Shown here one piece after another: positions 62,290 through 64,000 of a stretch of DNA of 64,000 nucleotides. The DNA comes from Kudoa neothunni (taxonomy: Eukaryota > Animalia > Cnidaria). The notes beneath the pieces were generated by a model. That model searched no databases. It saw only the letters and a list, made by a program, of their open reading frames with translations, and was not told the DNA's origin. The DNA lies in assembly GCA_964304625.1 (NCBI GenBank), contig OZ199838.1, positions 3,794,705-3,858,704 of the forward strand, written 5' to 3'. The translations under genes were made by a program, and so were the position numbers. Every line of letters begins with the position of its first letter. Position 1 is the stretch's first letter.

Positions 62290-63460
62290 CAATACTATAC
62301 TCCTTATAAATTATCACATTTGAGGATGATTCGATGTGAAAGATGTCTTTGAAAATGATTTTTATCAGTGTGGCATCAAAACAATATTCGCTTCGAGTGT
62401 TTTCAAACTAGATTTTAACCTAATAAAGTCCTCAAATATGTAAATTTTTATATACTGTGTCGGTGATTGTTTCAATGAATGGCTTGCATAGAGTTTTGAT
62501 CGACTCCTCTAACGATTTGATGAAAACTTCATATTGTAACTTTTCACTTTTGATCACTGGTGTGTAAAGCTAAAAATAATTAACTTGTACCTACGCGTAA
62601 ATATGGATCACGAGAATATCAGCATCTTTAAGGGGAATTTTTTTGGTGAAAATAGAAAAGTTGCACCCTTTATAACTTTTCACAGTATTTTTTGTTTTTT
62701 ATAATATTTAGAAGCTGATTGTAGCACTGTTCATGATTGTATGAACCAACTTCAGTGTAGACTTTATCATACTCCATAACTTTGGAAATTAGCGGAGCGA
62801 CGTCACTCTTCGAAACAATAGTTTGAGAAGCTTCCGGTTTGCATGGGTTTGTAAAGAAGATTTCAGTTTTTTCCGTTGATGGTATTTTCTTTTAATATTC
62901 ATTAAAATTAGCAAAAATATTAATTCCAACTACTTCTAGCAATTCTTCTATTAAGGTGACCCTTAGTTTCAAATGACCCAAATTGTTAAATTCGTTTGAA
63001 AATAGTTTCAATTTCTTATTCTTAAAGTTGACTTCAGACACAAAGTTATCATCCCATTTATTTGCGTCATCTGCAACAAATCCTACGTTTAAACTATTGA
63101 AAAGAAATTCAATATGCGTTAGTTCTGAAAATTTCTACAACATATTAATACGTTCAATCCTAATCCCACAATATACCCCAGTTTCAAAATTGAAGGTACG
63201 ATCCAAGTATGTATATAGCATAGTAGTATGTGGTGTCAATACTTGCACATATTCATAATCCTTAATTACCATAAATTCTTTAAGTTCTAATTCCGCATCT
63301 TTAGTAAATCTTTTTAGTTCCTCTTTTGAATAGCTGTTCAACGATAATTAAAACAACAACCAAAAAATAACTACATACCTCTGTGCTGCCTTTTGTGTAT
63401 AAAGAACCCGTGACAAAATAGTTCTCATTTTCACGTTTGACATAAATTTACACCCCACAG
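62290..63460 (-). pseudogene. Unidentified multi-exon gene remnant
   Basis: Consecutive long stop-poor minus-strand frames with apparent GT-AG introns (~63335-63378, ~62570-62594), broken by stops. No recognisable domain. Confidence 0.3.
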
Positions 63461-64000
63461 TATATTCACTTAAACACATGTATATGTCTTCTCCTAATTG
63501 ATAGTTTTATCACACATTTTTCAACCTGTTAATTTTTAATAAAATGAATCTCTCTACAAAATGTATATATTAACCTAAAGTAAACGTTAATTTCTCTTAA
63601 ACATCAATTATTCTGATTCTGGTGTTATTTTAATTTTAAATATAGATTATTTCTTCTGTTGTTCTTTTATTGTTCCTTTATAGTTTTGTTTAAAACACCT
63701 TTACATACAATTGTGTTGTAACAATTATATTTTTTCAGTCTGGTCTTTTTAATATTTATTCATAATTAATCCATGAACTAAAACTAGTATATTCGTTATT
63801 AAATTTCGTTACATTATTGGTAAGTAAAACCTAGTTTTATTGTTTGGTGTTAGTATTTTATGAAATCATACTGTCGCAATTACGAATTTCAGTATGGAAA
63901 ACACCATTCTGAACAGGAAATTTTTTCCCGATTTGAATTTTATAGCACAAAAGGGTTTTCCGCTCGGAATCATGCAGCAGAACCAAACCATACTAATTGT

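Noticed and set aside
1-64000. Prokaryotic systems (CRISPR array, retron, group II intron, DGR)
   Set aside because: No repeat-spacer array. The RT carries CCHC plus RLE domains of non-LTR type, and the host genes have spliceosomal introns.

Overview
AT-rich eukaryotic, almost certainly metazoan, genomic window with mostly 40-75 bp introns. A compact parasite lineage such as Myxozoa is a guess only. The left 8.7 kb is a head-to-tail array (unit 5717 bp; copies look identical by eye) of an intact single-ORF non-LTR retrotransposon of the restriction-like-endonuclease type (R2/NeSL-like). The array is anchored on a tRNA-Trp(CCA) gene at 8650-8722 (minus). Each unit starts with the 3' half of that tRNA (nt 40-73) followed by oligo-T Pol III terminators, and the 3' end of the complete unit is joined exactly at tRNA position 39/40. 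Insertion therefore splits the tRNA gene yet leaves an intact, re-targetable copy upstream. This is the main candidate novel system. The rest of the window holds a few host genes (RPL18, TOP1, an RNF10-like RING gene, a Myc-like bHLH-ZIP gene). These sit in dense, decayed DNA-transposon debris: piggyBac, autonomous and non-autonomous Helitrons, two Merlin/ISXO2-like elements plus a MITE, several hAT and MULE remnants, and a foldback element. Two copies of a ~130 bp repeat with TGTAAC...GTTAYA ends enclose a tRNA-Lys-like core.
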